Part shown: positions 16,521-24,758 of the stretch, piece after piece
How positions within the stretch are numbered: the stretch's first letter is position 1
How the letters are laid out: each line of letters opens with the position of its first letter
The notes under the pieces: model-generated
Databases searched by the model: none
What the model was told of the DNA's origin: nothing
The model's input: only the letters and a program-made list of their open reading frames with translations
DNA from: Fimbriimonadales bacterium
GTDB taxonomy: Bacteria > Armatimonadota > Fimbriimonadia > Fimbriimonadales > JABRVX01
Reading direction: 5' to 3'
NCBI GenBank assembly: GCA_045862955.1
Contig: BTVI01000034.1
Location: 1-33,888, forward strand
Length of the DNA: 33,888 nt
Program-made: the position numbers and the translations under genes

Positions 16521-18959
16521 TCAGTCGACCCTCCGAATGTCCACACGAGTGTCCTTCCAGTGTTGTCCCGGAGCGTACACCGCTGGCAGGTAGTAGTTCT
16601 CGTGAGTGGGTTTTACTTTTTGGTGGGTGTGCACACTGTGGTACTTGCCACCGCCGAGATAGCGGTCCCACCAGCCATGATCCACGCACAACACGCCTGG
16701 CTTGATGCCCTCGGTCACCAGCGCCCACAGCCTGTAGGACCCATAGTTGTTGAATATCTCTACCTGGTCGCCGTCACGTATGCCTTTCTTTGCGGCGTCG
16801 CGAGGGTTGATCTCTACCACTGCACCGCGATTCAGGTTCAGCAGAGCGGTATTGTTGCTATGGGTGGAGTGCACGCGCCACTTGGAGTGCGGAGTAACGA
16901 TAGCGAACGGCAAGCGCTGATCCTCCTCGGGCAGGTGCTCGAAGGACGGGCGGTAGATAGGTACCGTCTCACCCAACTTCTGGAAGACGTCCTCCTCCTT
17001 ATAGAACTCCATGCGGCCGGTCTTCAGAAACTCGCGTTGCGCCCCCTCCGGGAACGGATAGGCTCGCGGGGGGAACGGCTTGAACTCGTGGATCTGCTCA
17101 TCTAGGCCACACTCCGGGTCCGGCACCTTCAGCCGAACGGGTCCCTGCCTGAGCTGCTCGAGCGTGATCCCTTCGCACTCCTTGCCACCTTTTTCCAGTA
17201 GGATGCGAATTGCCTCGCTCTCGTCCGGCTCCATCATGGGCAGCAGGCTCGCATCCACCCTGCGTATCAATTCCCGCGCGATCCACAGCTCGGTGCGGCT
17301 CTGGTGCCTAGGAGGTATCACTTCTTGCTGAATCTGAAGATACGGGTGACAGCTAGTGCCTACCAGGTCCATCTTCTCCCAAAACGTAGGAGCAGGCAGC
17401 ACCACATCCGAATACTCGCAGGTAGGTGACATCGAAAAGTCGATGGTGACGAACAGCTCCAGGTTGTCAATCGCGCGCTTCATCGGCTCCGAGAACTCCG
17501 TAACCAGGGGGTTCCCGTGCGAGACGAACAGAGCCTTGAACCCATGTTGCGGAAACTTGATCTTCGGGTTGATCGTTCCCGTCGGTTTTCCTAGCACGAA
17601 GTAGTGCATCGGCACCATGTTCGGCCGCTTCCCCTCGGGAAACCAGTAGCCGCTCACGTCTATCCGGAAGTGATGCTGGCCGGAGTAGATGGACACCGAC
17701 TCTCCCGGCTTGCCGTGTGCGCCGGCCAAGGCGGATAGTAGCAAGATTGCGCGGATGGTCAGGTCCCCATGCAGGCGATGGTTGATGCCCATCCCGATGA
17801 TGATGGAACTCGGTCTTCGAGTAACATACTCACGCGCAACCTCGCGTATCGTGTCGGCAGGTATGTCGGTGATACGTGCTACGTTCTCGGGGGAGTACTC
17901 TTCTCGCATGATCACGTCTTCCAATAGCTGGTAGACCGGAGTCACACGCACCTTCTGGCCTTCCACCTCGACCTCGCGCGTGCCGGCGAGAGAGAGGCGC
18001 ACACCCTCGGGCAGCCGCAGCGTCTCCGATGGCAGCTTGAACAGCGCGTGGGTAGCTTCATCCCAGGCCATGAACTCCATGTCCGATCCCATCCCGACAT
18101 CGGAGGCCCGTAGGCGACGCCCGTTGTCCTCGCGGATGAGTGTCGGGCAATCGGTGAAGGTGCGCAGGAAGTCGCGATCAACGAGATCCTCTTGCATCAC
18201 CACTTGACACATGGAAAGCGCGAGGGCACCGTCCGTGCCGGGGTTGATGGGTAGCCACAGGTCGGCGCCCTTCGCGGTCTGACTGCACCGGGGGTCTATG
18301 CAGACGATCTTGCAGTCGTTGAGCTGTTTCGCGTATTGGGTCAGAAACTTCGCGTCGGGGATGCGGGTCTGAAAAACGTTGCTCGACCAGAGGATCGCGT
18401 ATTTCGCGTGTGCCCAGCTTTTCGTCTCGCACTCCACGCAGTCGATGCCGACCGTGTGCGTGAACCCCATCGAGATGTCGCCGTTGAAATCGTACGCGGT
18501 GGCAAAGGACATACCAAGGAGCGCAGCCATGCGAATCTGCGCGCCCTTCTGGACATAGCTGGTGCCGACGACCTGGTTGAAGAGCAGCATACTCTCCGGG
18601 CCGTAGTTGTCCCGGATGCGGATCATCCGTTCGGCGATGTAGTCGAGCGCCTCGTCCCACGTCGCGGTCTTCCATTTCCCCTCGCCGCGTTCACCGGTTC
18701 GAATGAGCGGAGTGCGGATGCGGTCGGGGCCGTAGATCAGGTGGGTCATCGCCTGACCGCGCAGGCAGCCTCGGGGGTTGTAGTCGGCGCAAGGGTAGTC
18801 GGCCGCGGGCTTCAGGTCGACGATGTCGTCGTTCACCACCGTGGCGAGCCAGCCGCACGCACCCGTACAGTTCGGGCTGTCCGTCGTGCGAACTACTCGC
18901 TCTTCTCCCTGCGGAGCCTCTTGCTTGGCTCTACCAGGTACCCGATACCGCGTTGCCAT
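16521..18959 (-). CDS. Mo-bisPGD oxidoreductase catalytic subunit, DMSO reductase family type II (NarG/NxrA/PcrA-related), no Tat signal; probably a nitrate reductase
   Basis: FS0 motif DSPNCTGAC...NPRGCLRG. Mo-ligand motif YDFNGD (compare NarG YDWYCD). Also YSDVVLPA, TGRMEFY, TPHSKWRVHS and NPRDAAKKGIRDGD. NarK and Moco genes nearby. Confidence 0.9.
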   Translation of the reverse strand: MATRYRVPGRAKQEAPQGEERVVRTTDSPNCTGACGWLATVVNDDIVDLKPAADYPCADYNPRGCLRGQAMTHLIYGPDRIRTPLIRTGERGEGKWKTATWDEALDYIAERMIRIRDNYGPESMLLFNQVVGTSYVQKGAQIRMAALLGMSFATAYDFNGDISMGFTHTVGIDCVECETKSWAHAKYAILWSSNVFQTRIPDAKFLTQYAKQLNDCKIVCIDPRCSQTAKGADLWLPINPGTDGALALSMCQVVMQEDLVDRDFLRTFTDCPTLIREDNGRRLRASDVGMGSDMEFMAWDEATHALFKLPSETLRLPEGVRLSLAGTREVEVEGQKVRVTPVYQLLEDVIMREEYSPENVARITDIPADTIREVAREYVTRRPSSIIIGMGINHRLHGDLTIRAILLLSALAGAHGKPGESVSIYSGQHHFRIDVSGYWFPEGKRPNMVPMHYFVLGKPTGTINPKIKFPQHGFKALFVSHGNPLVTEFSEPMKRAIDNLELFVTIDFSMSPTCEYSDVVLPAPTFWEKMDLVGTSCHPYLQIQQEVIPPRHQSRTELWIARELIRRVDASLLPMMEPDESEAIRILLEKGGKECEGITLEQLRQGPVRLKVPDPECGLDEQIHEFKPFPPRAYPFPEGAQREFLKTGRMEFYKEEDVFQKLGETVPIYRPSFEHLPEEDQRLPFAIVTPHSKWRVHSTHSNNTALLNLNRGAVVEINPRDAAKKGIRDGDQVEIFNNYGSYRLWALVTEGIKPGVLCVDHGWWDRYLGGGKYHSVHTHQKVKPTHENYYLPAVYAPGQHWKDTRVDIRRVD

Positions 18960-19031
18960 TTCCGCACCTCACAGCTTGCGCGCGATGATTGCGCCTACGC
19001 TGCGATTCTCATGCGGCAGGCAACCGGCCCG

Positions 19032-19049
19032 CTATGACCGCCGTCATAG
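19032..19049. promoter_or_regulatory. Crp/Fnr-type operator upstream of the molybdoenzyme operon
   Basis: Perfect palindrome CTATGAC-CGCC-GTCATAG. Confidence 0.8.
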
Positions 19050-19075
19050 GGGGGCAGGACGCTCGAAGAAAGCTG

Positions 19076-19402
19076 CTAACCCTCGCTAGACCGGGCGGCC
19101 AGAACTTCGTCTACCCAGCTGAGGCCGGCCATCATGTTCGGAAAGCCGACGGTGGTTGTGGCCTGAAGAGCGGCGTGTCGTATCTCTTCGGGGGTCGCGC
19201 CGGCTTCCAGGGCCCGACGCGTGTGGCTGCGGACCGCGCTCTCCATCCGCGCACCTACCGAGACGCCAATCTTCACCAGCTCGCGAGTCTTGGCATCCAG
19301 CGGGCCCGCATTCGCGACCGCCTCACCCAGCGCAGTGTATGCTGCTCCCACGTCGGGATAGTTCTTCAGGAACTCCGTGTATCGCTTCGGTAGCTTCTCC
19401 AT
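19076..19402 (-). CDS. Carboxymuconolactone decarboxylase (CMD/AhpD-like) family protein
   Basis: GPLDAKTRELV.IG, AVRSHTRRALEAGATPEEIRHA and TTVGFP. No CxxC. Confidence 0.88.
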   Translation of the reverse strand: MEKLPKRYTEFLKNYPDVGAAYTALGEAVANAGPLDAKTRELVKIGVSVGARMESAVRSHTRRALEAGATPEEIRHAALQATTTVGFPNMMAGLSWVDEVLAARSSEG

Positions 19403-19477
19403 GCCCTTAGGATACTCCCCTCAGGAAGTGGTCACGCAACCTAGGAGGATGGCACCGACCCGCCGAACGCTAGTCGC

Positions 19478-20065
19478 GTGGACATCGAAGCTGCGTTGCT
19501 TACCGGTGGAGCGAGCCGGCGCATGGGGCGCGACAAAGCGACGCTCGACGTGCGAGGCCGCCCGCTGGCCGAGGTCATTGCGTCCCGTATCCTGGCCGTC
19601 GGCATCCCCGTCACGGTGCTTGGGCCAAAGCCGCTTCCAGGTTGCACTCTGCAGCAGGACATTTCGCCACACGAGGGGCCGCTCGTTGCGCTGAGCCGAT
19701 TCCAGCCTCGCGCGGACTTCCTCTTCGTCTGTTCGTGCGATCTACCGCTCTTCGATGCTCGAATCATCGAGGTCCTATCGGACCTTGTTGGGAACCGGGA
19801 CGCCGCCATCCCGCTGAGCCAGGGCCGACCACAACCTCTCTGCGCCCTTTACCTAGCCCGAGCGCTCGCAGGGCTATCCGAGTGGGTGAGGCAGGGGAGC
19901 CGACGCGTGATGGAGTGGATCGAAGCACTGGACTACATCGGGGTTTCGGAGGAGCATCTGGAATCGCGAGGACTGTCGCGCCACTGCGTGCGCCATGCAA
20001 ATACTCCGCAAGAGCTAGAGCTTCTACTTAGCTTAGGAGTAGCTCGTCCAGAACCTGAGGCTTGA
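19478..20065 (+). CDS. mobA: Molybdenum cofactor guanylyltransferase
   Basis: LLTGGASRRMGRDKA, GPLVAL, CSCDLP, QPLCALY and ANTPQEL. Confidence 0.9.
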   Translation: MDIEAALLTGGASRRMGRDKATLDVRGRPLAEVIASRILAVGIPVTVLGPKPLPGCTLQQDISPHEGPLVALSRFQPRADFLFVCSCDLPLFDARIIEVLSDLVGNRDAAIPLSQGRPQPLCALYLARALAGLSEWVRQGSRRVMEWIEALDYIGVSEEHLESRGLSRHCVRHANTPQELELLLSLGVARPEPEA

Positions 20066-20765
20066 GGATCGTAATGACCTGGTGGTCGGTGCAGGCTACG
20101 CCCTCCTTCTGCCATCGACTCATCACTCGAATGGCGGTCTCGACCGTGGTTCCCGCCATCTCGGCTAGGTCGGCCCGGGTGAGTGGGACGGTCAGTCGCG
20201 TGCCCTCGGGGACCTTCTCGCCGTAAGACAGCATCAGGATGAGCAGCACCGCAGCGATTCGGTGCTCGACCTTGCCGGTAGACATGCGGGCCATCATGTC
20301 GTGTGCTTTGCGCAGCCGCGGGGCCAGCGAGCGGAGCACCTGGTCGCGCAGGCCGGTGCTCTCGCGGTACACCTCTAGCAGCGCGGGCACCGGGATCTTC
20401 AGGTACCAAACGTCGGTCACCGCGACCGCGCTGAGCGGATAGACCCTGCCTTCGATGGCACTAAGAATCCCTGCGGCTTGTCCGGGTCCGAGCAGCTCCA
20501 CAGCCACCTCGCTACCCTGCGGCGTGGTCCGCGTCATCTTGATGAAGCCCGTTCCGACCACTGCCGCGAAGTGTGATGGTCCGCCCGCTACCCAGATGAA
20601 CTCGCCCCGACCCGCATAGGCGACGTAGGAAGCATCGGCTAGTGTGCGCCGTTCTTCGGGCCTGAGCGCGTTGAACAGCGAGCAAGCTTCGATCACCGCT
20701 ACGTTGCTCGGGCGGTCGGGCAGCTGCTCGGTGTCGTGTCTTCCGGACTGTTGGCTCGCACCCAT
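20028..20765 (-). CDS. Crp/Fnr family transcriptional regulator (DNR/NnrR-like, no FNR Cys cluster)
   Basis: cNMP-type domain (V.TGFIKM....QGSEVAVELLGPG, YPLSAVA) and HTH LTRADLAEMAGTTVETAIRVMS. Start set at ATG 20765; the longer ORF overlaps narK. Confidence 0.9.
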   Translation of the reverse strand: MGASQQSGRHDTEQLPDRPSNVAVIEACSLFNALRPEERRTLADASYVAYAGRGEFIWVAGGPSHFAAVVGTGFIKMTRTTPQGSEVAVELLGPGQAAGILSAIEGRVYPLSAVAVTDVWYLKIPVPALLEVYRESTGLRDQVLRSLAPRLRKAHDMMARMSTGKVEHRIAAVLLILMLSYGEKVPEGTRLTVPLTRADLAEMAGTTVETAIRVMSRWQKEGVACTDHQVITILKPQVLDELLLS

Positions 20766-20833
20766 CTGTCTTGCCCCCAAGGCGAGTTGGGGCCACCCCT
20801 TGCGCCTCTCTTCATCGTGGGCTACGCGTCGTC

Positions 20834-22159
20834 TCACTCGGCTGCCGCGGGAGCGGGGCTCGGCTGAGCATCCGCCGCGTGGATCCCCACACTCGCCTCC
20901 GCACGCTTCAACGACCTCACGACGGCATGTAGCCATATCAGGCTCACTCCAGTAACCGCAAAGATTACCCAGAACATGGACTGCGGTGAGCCGCTCCAAC
21001 GCGCAAGGTAAGCAAATAGCGGTGGCATGATGAACCCGCCGAGGGCCGCGAGCGCCCCGACCAACCCGACCACGGCACCGACGTCAAGCGGATAGTACTC
21101 CGGGATGTACTTTATCGTGGACGCCTTGCCAATCCCTTGGGCGATGCCGATCACCAGCACCATCGCTGCGAACGGATAGAGTCCGAGGGGGAGGAACAGC
21201 ACCGCCGATGCTAGCAGGCACGACGTGAACACCACATAGGTCACCCTGCGAGGCCCGAAGCGGTCGGAGAGGTAGCCGCCGAACGGCCGCAGTAGGCTGG
21301 ACGCCAGAATGAACGGCGTGGTGAGCAGCGCTGCGGTCGAAAGGGGCAGCCCATACACGTCCACGTAGTACTTGGGCAGCCACACCGACATCGCGACATA
21401 CGCGCCGAACACGACCGTGTAATAGAGGCTAAAACGCCAGACTCGCATCTCGCGCAACGGTCGCAGCATGTCGCCGAGTGGCCGATTCGCCGAGGGACGT
21501 CTATCCGGGCGAGGCGCCAGCCACCACATGAGCGTAGCCATGATGGCGATGAGGACGCTGTAGAGGAACGGGATAAATCGCCACCCACCCGGAATCAGTC
21601 CGCCCAGTAGCGGCACCGGGACGAGCGCCATCAGGCCCGGACCAATGAACTTAGTGATAGAGGCTCCCACGTTGCCCGCGCCGAACAGACCCATCGCAAA
21701 TCCCTGCTTTTCTTTCGGGAACCATGCGGCACACCACGCAGAGCCGACGGCGAAGCTGTTCCCCGCGATACCCACGAGGAAGGCCCCAAGAAGCAGCTCC
21801 GGGTATGTATTGGCCTTGCCGACCACGAACGAGGCAATCCCCGCGAACAGGAACGTGCCGAGGAACACGACCTTGCCCCCGAGCCGGTCGGAGAGGACGC
21901 CGAGCGCGAGCCGCCACACCGCGCCATTGAGGATAGCCACCGCAGTTAGCCACGCCAGTTGCTCGTCGGATAGCCCCAGCTCCTTTCGGATGGGCACGCC
22001 CAACACGCCGAACATCGTCCAGGCACCGAAGAGCAGGGTGAAACCCGAGAAGGAAAGCCACAACACACGGTTCCGCCGGCGGACGACTTCGGGTGAGTCC
22101 GGCGCGGACGGCCGGCTGGCGAGGGTCAGCTGATCACGGGATAGATTCGACTCAGGCAT
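20834..22159 (-). CDS. narK: Nitrate/nitrite MFS transporter, NarK1-type
   Basis: WTMFGVLGVPIRKELGLS, nitrate signature GIAGNSFAVG..W...WFPKEKQGFAMG.FGAGN, and RPFGGYLSDRFG. Confidence 0.88.
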   Translation of the reverse strand: MPESNLSRDQLTLASRPSAPDSPEVVRRRNRVLWLSFSGFTLLFGAWTMFGVLGVPIRKELGLSDEQLAWLTAVAILNGAVWRLALGVLSDRLGGKVVFLGTFLFAGIASFVVGKANTYPELLLGAFLVGIAGNSFAVGSAWCAAWFPKEKQGFAMGLFGAGNVGASITKFIGPGLMALVPVPLLGGLIPGGWRFIPFLYSVLIAIMATLMWWLAPRPDRRPSANRPLGDMLRPLREMRVWRFSLYYTVVFGAYVAMSVWLPKYYVDVYGLPLSTAALLTTPFILASSLLRPFGGYLSDRFGPRRVTYVVFTSCLLASAVLFLPLGLYPFAAMVLVIGIAQGIGKASTIKYIPEYYPLDVGAVVGLVGALAALGGFIMPPLFAYLARWSGSPQSMFWVIFAVTGVSLIWLHAVVRSLKRAEASVGIHAADAQPSPAPAAAE

Positions 22160-22193
22160 GAACCCATTCTCCGCCCGAATTGGGGACCAGACC

Positions 22194-22209
22194 TATGACG
22201 GCGGTCATA
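22194..22209. promoter_or_regulatory. Crp/Fnr-type operator upstream of the NarK1-type gene
   Basis: TATGAC-GGCG-GTCATA. The 18-mer 22193-22210 matches the reverse complement of the 19032 site at 17 of 18 positions. Confidence 0.8.
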
Positions 22210-22225
22210 TCGGCCCCACAGTCTG

Positions 22226-23569
22226 CTAGCAGGGCTTTTCGGCCCCTCGTCTGGTGTAGAACCAGTAGTTCAGGAGCAGGTTCGCTGCGTAGAAGGCCGC
22301 AGCTCCGAGGAAGAACGCCTGCGCGGAACCGGTTCGCGCGATGATCCAGCCGAACAGGACCGAGAAAGCGAACGGCCCGTAAGCCGCCACCGCGGATGTC
22401 CAACCGATGACGCCGCCGGCTTGCCGAGGCGGAAAGATCATCGGCATCTGCTTGAACGTGGACGCGTTGCCCACCCCGCTAAAGAAAAACAGCCCCAGCA
22501 TCAGCCAGAGGAACTTCGGCCAGTTCTCCAGGGAAGTAGGGGCAGTATAAGGACTGACCGCCAACGCACACACGAGCAGCCCGACGGCGCTGAACATGGT
22601 GACCCTCGCACCACCCAATCGGTCGCTCACGGGCCCGAAGAGGGCGCGCACCAGAGCCCCGACCAAGGGACCGAGGAATGCATACTTCAGAGGATCGGGA
22701 CCTCCCGGAAAGCCACCGTAGAGCTTCTTGATAAGCAGCGGGAAGGACGCCGCGTACCCGCTGAACGACCCGAAGGTCATGATGTAGAGCGACGTCATGA
22801 TCCACGTGTGCTTATCGCGAAAGATATCGAGTTGCTCGCGGAAGGACGCCCTGACCGGAACCCGTCGCAGTCCGAACCACGCCGCGATGGAGCACACCAC
22901 GATGAACGGAATCCATACGAAGGCCGCGTTCTGAAGCCAGATCTGTGACTCTTGGCCTTTGGCGGAGAAAGTCTGCGAAGACCCGACGAGACCGACGCCG
23001 ATGACCGCAGGGATGACGAACTGTGCGAGGCTAACGCCGAAATTGCCGATACCTGCCTGAATGCCGAGCGCCGTGCCCTGAAGTCGCTTGGGGAAGAACA
23101 ACGAGGTGCTGGGCATGAACGAGCTGAAGTTGCCGCCCCCCAGCCCCGCGAGGATACCGAGCAGCATGAAAGTGCCGTAGCTGGTGTCGGGGTTCATCAC
23201 CGCGAGCCCCCAGCCTATCGCGGGAATCAACAGCAGGAGCGTGGACACCGTGATGGTGTTGCGGGTCCCGAAGATGGGGATCAGGAACGTGTGCACGATC
23301 CGCAGCGTTCCGCCCGCAAGCCCGGGCATCGCGTTCAGCCAGAAGAGCTGCTGCGTGTCGAACCGATAACCGATCCCGGTCAGTTTCACCACGATGGCGC
23401 TGACCATGAACCACGTGGAGAACGAGAAGATCAGGGAGGCGGTGGTGATCCAAAGCGTGCGCCAGGCAAGACGGCTGCCGCCGGACTCCCAGCAAGCGGC
23501 ATCTTCCGGGTTCCAGGGGGTTGTACCTGTGGCGGTCCGAGGCTCTGCGACTATGGATTGTTGCGACAT
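22226..23569 (-). CDS. narK: Nitrate/nitrite MFS transporter, NarK2-type
   Basis: WNPEDAACWE..G..LAWRTLWI, GGGNFSSFMPSTSLFFPKRLQGTALG, YIMTFGSFSG and GVGNASTF. ATG 23569 with RBS AAGGAG. Confidence 0.92.
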   Translation of the reverse strand: MSQQSIVAEPRTATGTTPWNPEDAACWESGGSRLAWRTLWITTASLIFSFSTWFMVSAIVVKLTGIGYRFDTQQLFWLNAMPGLAGGTLRIVHTFLIPIFGTRNTITVSTLLLLIPAIGWGLAVMNPDTSYGTFMLLGILAGLGGGNFSSFMPSTSLFFPKRLQGTALGIQAGIGNFGVSLAQFVIPAVIGVGLVGSSQTFSAKGQESQIWLQNAAFVWIPFIVVCSIAAWFGLRRVPVRASFREQLDIFRDKHTWIMTSLYIMTFGSFSGYAASFPLLIKKLYGGFPGGPDPLKYAFLGPLVGALVRALFGPVSDRLGGARVTMFSAVGLLVCALAVSPYTAPTSLENWPKFLWLMLGLFFFSGVGNASTFKQMPMIFPPRQAGGVIGWTSAVAAYGPFAFSVLFGWIIARTGSAQAFFLGAAAFYAANLLLNYWFYTRRGAEKPC

Positions 23570-23617
23570 GGCGACTCCTTCGTGGCACCAGCATCGGCGA
23601 TGGGTGGGGATGATGGG

Positions 23618-23633
23618 TATGATACTCGTCATA
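23618..23633. promoter_or_regulatory. Crp/Fnr-type operator (narK2 side of the divergent promoter)
   Basis: TATGAT-ACTC-GTCATA. Confidence 0.72.
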
Positions 23634-23672
23634 TCGGGGGAGGAATTGTCCCCGCCGCGCCGTCTGGCGGGC

Positions 23673-23688
23673 TATGATCGGGGTCATG
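23673..23688. promoter_or_regulatory. Crp/Fnr-type operator (moaA side of the divergent promoter)
   Basis: TATGAT-CGGG-GTCATG. Confidence 0.68.
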
Positions 23689-23722
23689 TCTGGCGGTTAT
23701 GCGATTGAAGGAGAATCAGTTC

Positions 23723-24754
23723 ATGCCTGGCGGCGACGAACTAGCATCTAGCGGGAGAAACATCGCTGAGCGGTCACCACTGACCGACCGCTTTGGGCGA
23801 GTGCACTCCTATCTGCGCATCTCCGTCACGGACCGGTGCAACTTCCGCTGCGTCTACTGCATGCCGCCTGAAGGTATCGAGTGGCGTTGTCGCGAGGAAC
23901 TCCTGACGTTCGAAGAGATCGTCCGCCTGGCTCGTGTCTTTGTCCGCCTGGGCGTGGACAAGGTACGCCTCACCGGCGGCGAGCCGACGGTGAGGCGCGG
24001 CATCGAGAGCCTGCTCTCGGCCTTAGCAGGGTTGCCTGGCCTGCATACGCTAGCGATGACCACCAACGGATTCCGTTTGCGGGAACAGGCTCGGATCTAT
24101 CGTGAGGCGGGGCTGACGAACATCAACGTCAGCCTCGATTCACTGCGACGTGACCGGTTTGAGCAGATTACGCGGCGTGACGCGCTGGATGACGTTCTCG
24201 CCGGCCTGGATGCTGCGCTGTCTGTGGGTTTCCGGAAGGTAAAAATCAACACCGTGGTTATGGCTGGCGTGAACGACGACGAATTGCTCGACTTCGTAGA
24301 TCTGGCGCGTGACCGGCCACTCCACGTACGCTTCATCGAGTTCATGCCCTTCCATAACAACGGGTGGTCGGTGGGCGGTGTGTTCCCGCTGGCCCGCATG
24401 CGCGAGGTGATCGGGGGCAGATACTCTCTGGAGCCAGTGCGCGCCGAGCCGAACGCAGTCGCTCGTGAGTGGCGAATCCCAGGTTTCGAGGGCACCATCG
24501 GCTTCATCGCTTCGATGACGGAAAGCTTCTGCTCGGAATGCAATCGGATACGCTTGACCGCGGACGGGCAGATCAAGTCATGCCTCTTCTCGCCAGCGGA
24601 GAGCAACCTGAGAGACGTGCTGCGGACAGGCGCAAGCGACGATGAACTGGAGGCGCGCATTCGAACGGCACTGTGGCTGAAGCCCAAAGAGCACCCGCCG
24701 ATGGAAGTGCTTGCCGCGCAGGAGAACCGCAGCATGATCGAGATCGGGGGCTGA
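23723..24754 (+). CDS. moaA: GTP 3',8-cyclase
   Basis: YLRISVTDRCNFRCVYCMP, RLTGGEP, RFIEFMP, FCSECNRIR...C and C-terminal IGG. RBS AAGGAG before ATG 23723. Confidence 0.97.
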   Translation: MPGGDELASSGRNIAERSPLTDRFGRVHSYLRISVTDRCNFRCVYCMPPEGIEWRCREELLTFEEIVRLARVFVRLGVDKVRLTGGEPTVRRGIESLLSALAGLPGLHTLAMTTNGFRLREQARIYREAGLTNINVSLDSLRRDRFEQITRRDALDDVLAGLDAALSVGFRKVKINTVVMAGVNDDELLDFVDLARDRPLHVRFIEFMPFHNNGWSVGGVFPLARMREVIGGRYSLEPVRAEPNAVAREWRIPGFEGTIGFIASMTESFCSECNRIRLTADGQIKSCLFSPAESNLRDVLRTGASDDELEARIRTALWLKPKEHPPMEVLAAQENRSMIEIGG

Positions 24755-24758
24755 CGCT

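Noticed and set aside
16521..18959. Assigning narG, nxrA, pcrA or dmsA as the gene symbol
   Set aside because: Length, FS0 motif, lack of a Tat leader and partner subunits do not match any of these cleanly. A phylogeny is needed.
20028..20999. O2-sensing FNR with an N-terminal Cys cluster (Cys-rich extension of the 323-aa ORF)
   Set aside because: The Cys-containing extension overlaps the 3' end of narK in another frame. The probable start is ATG 20765, which leaves no FNR Cys motif.
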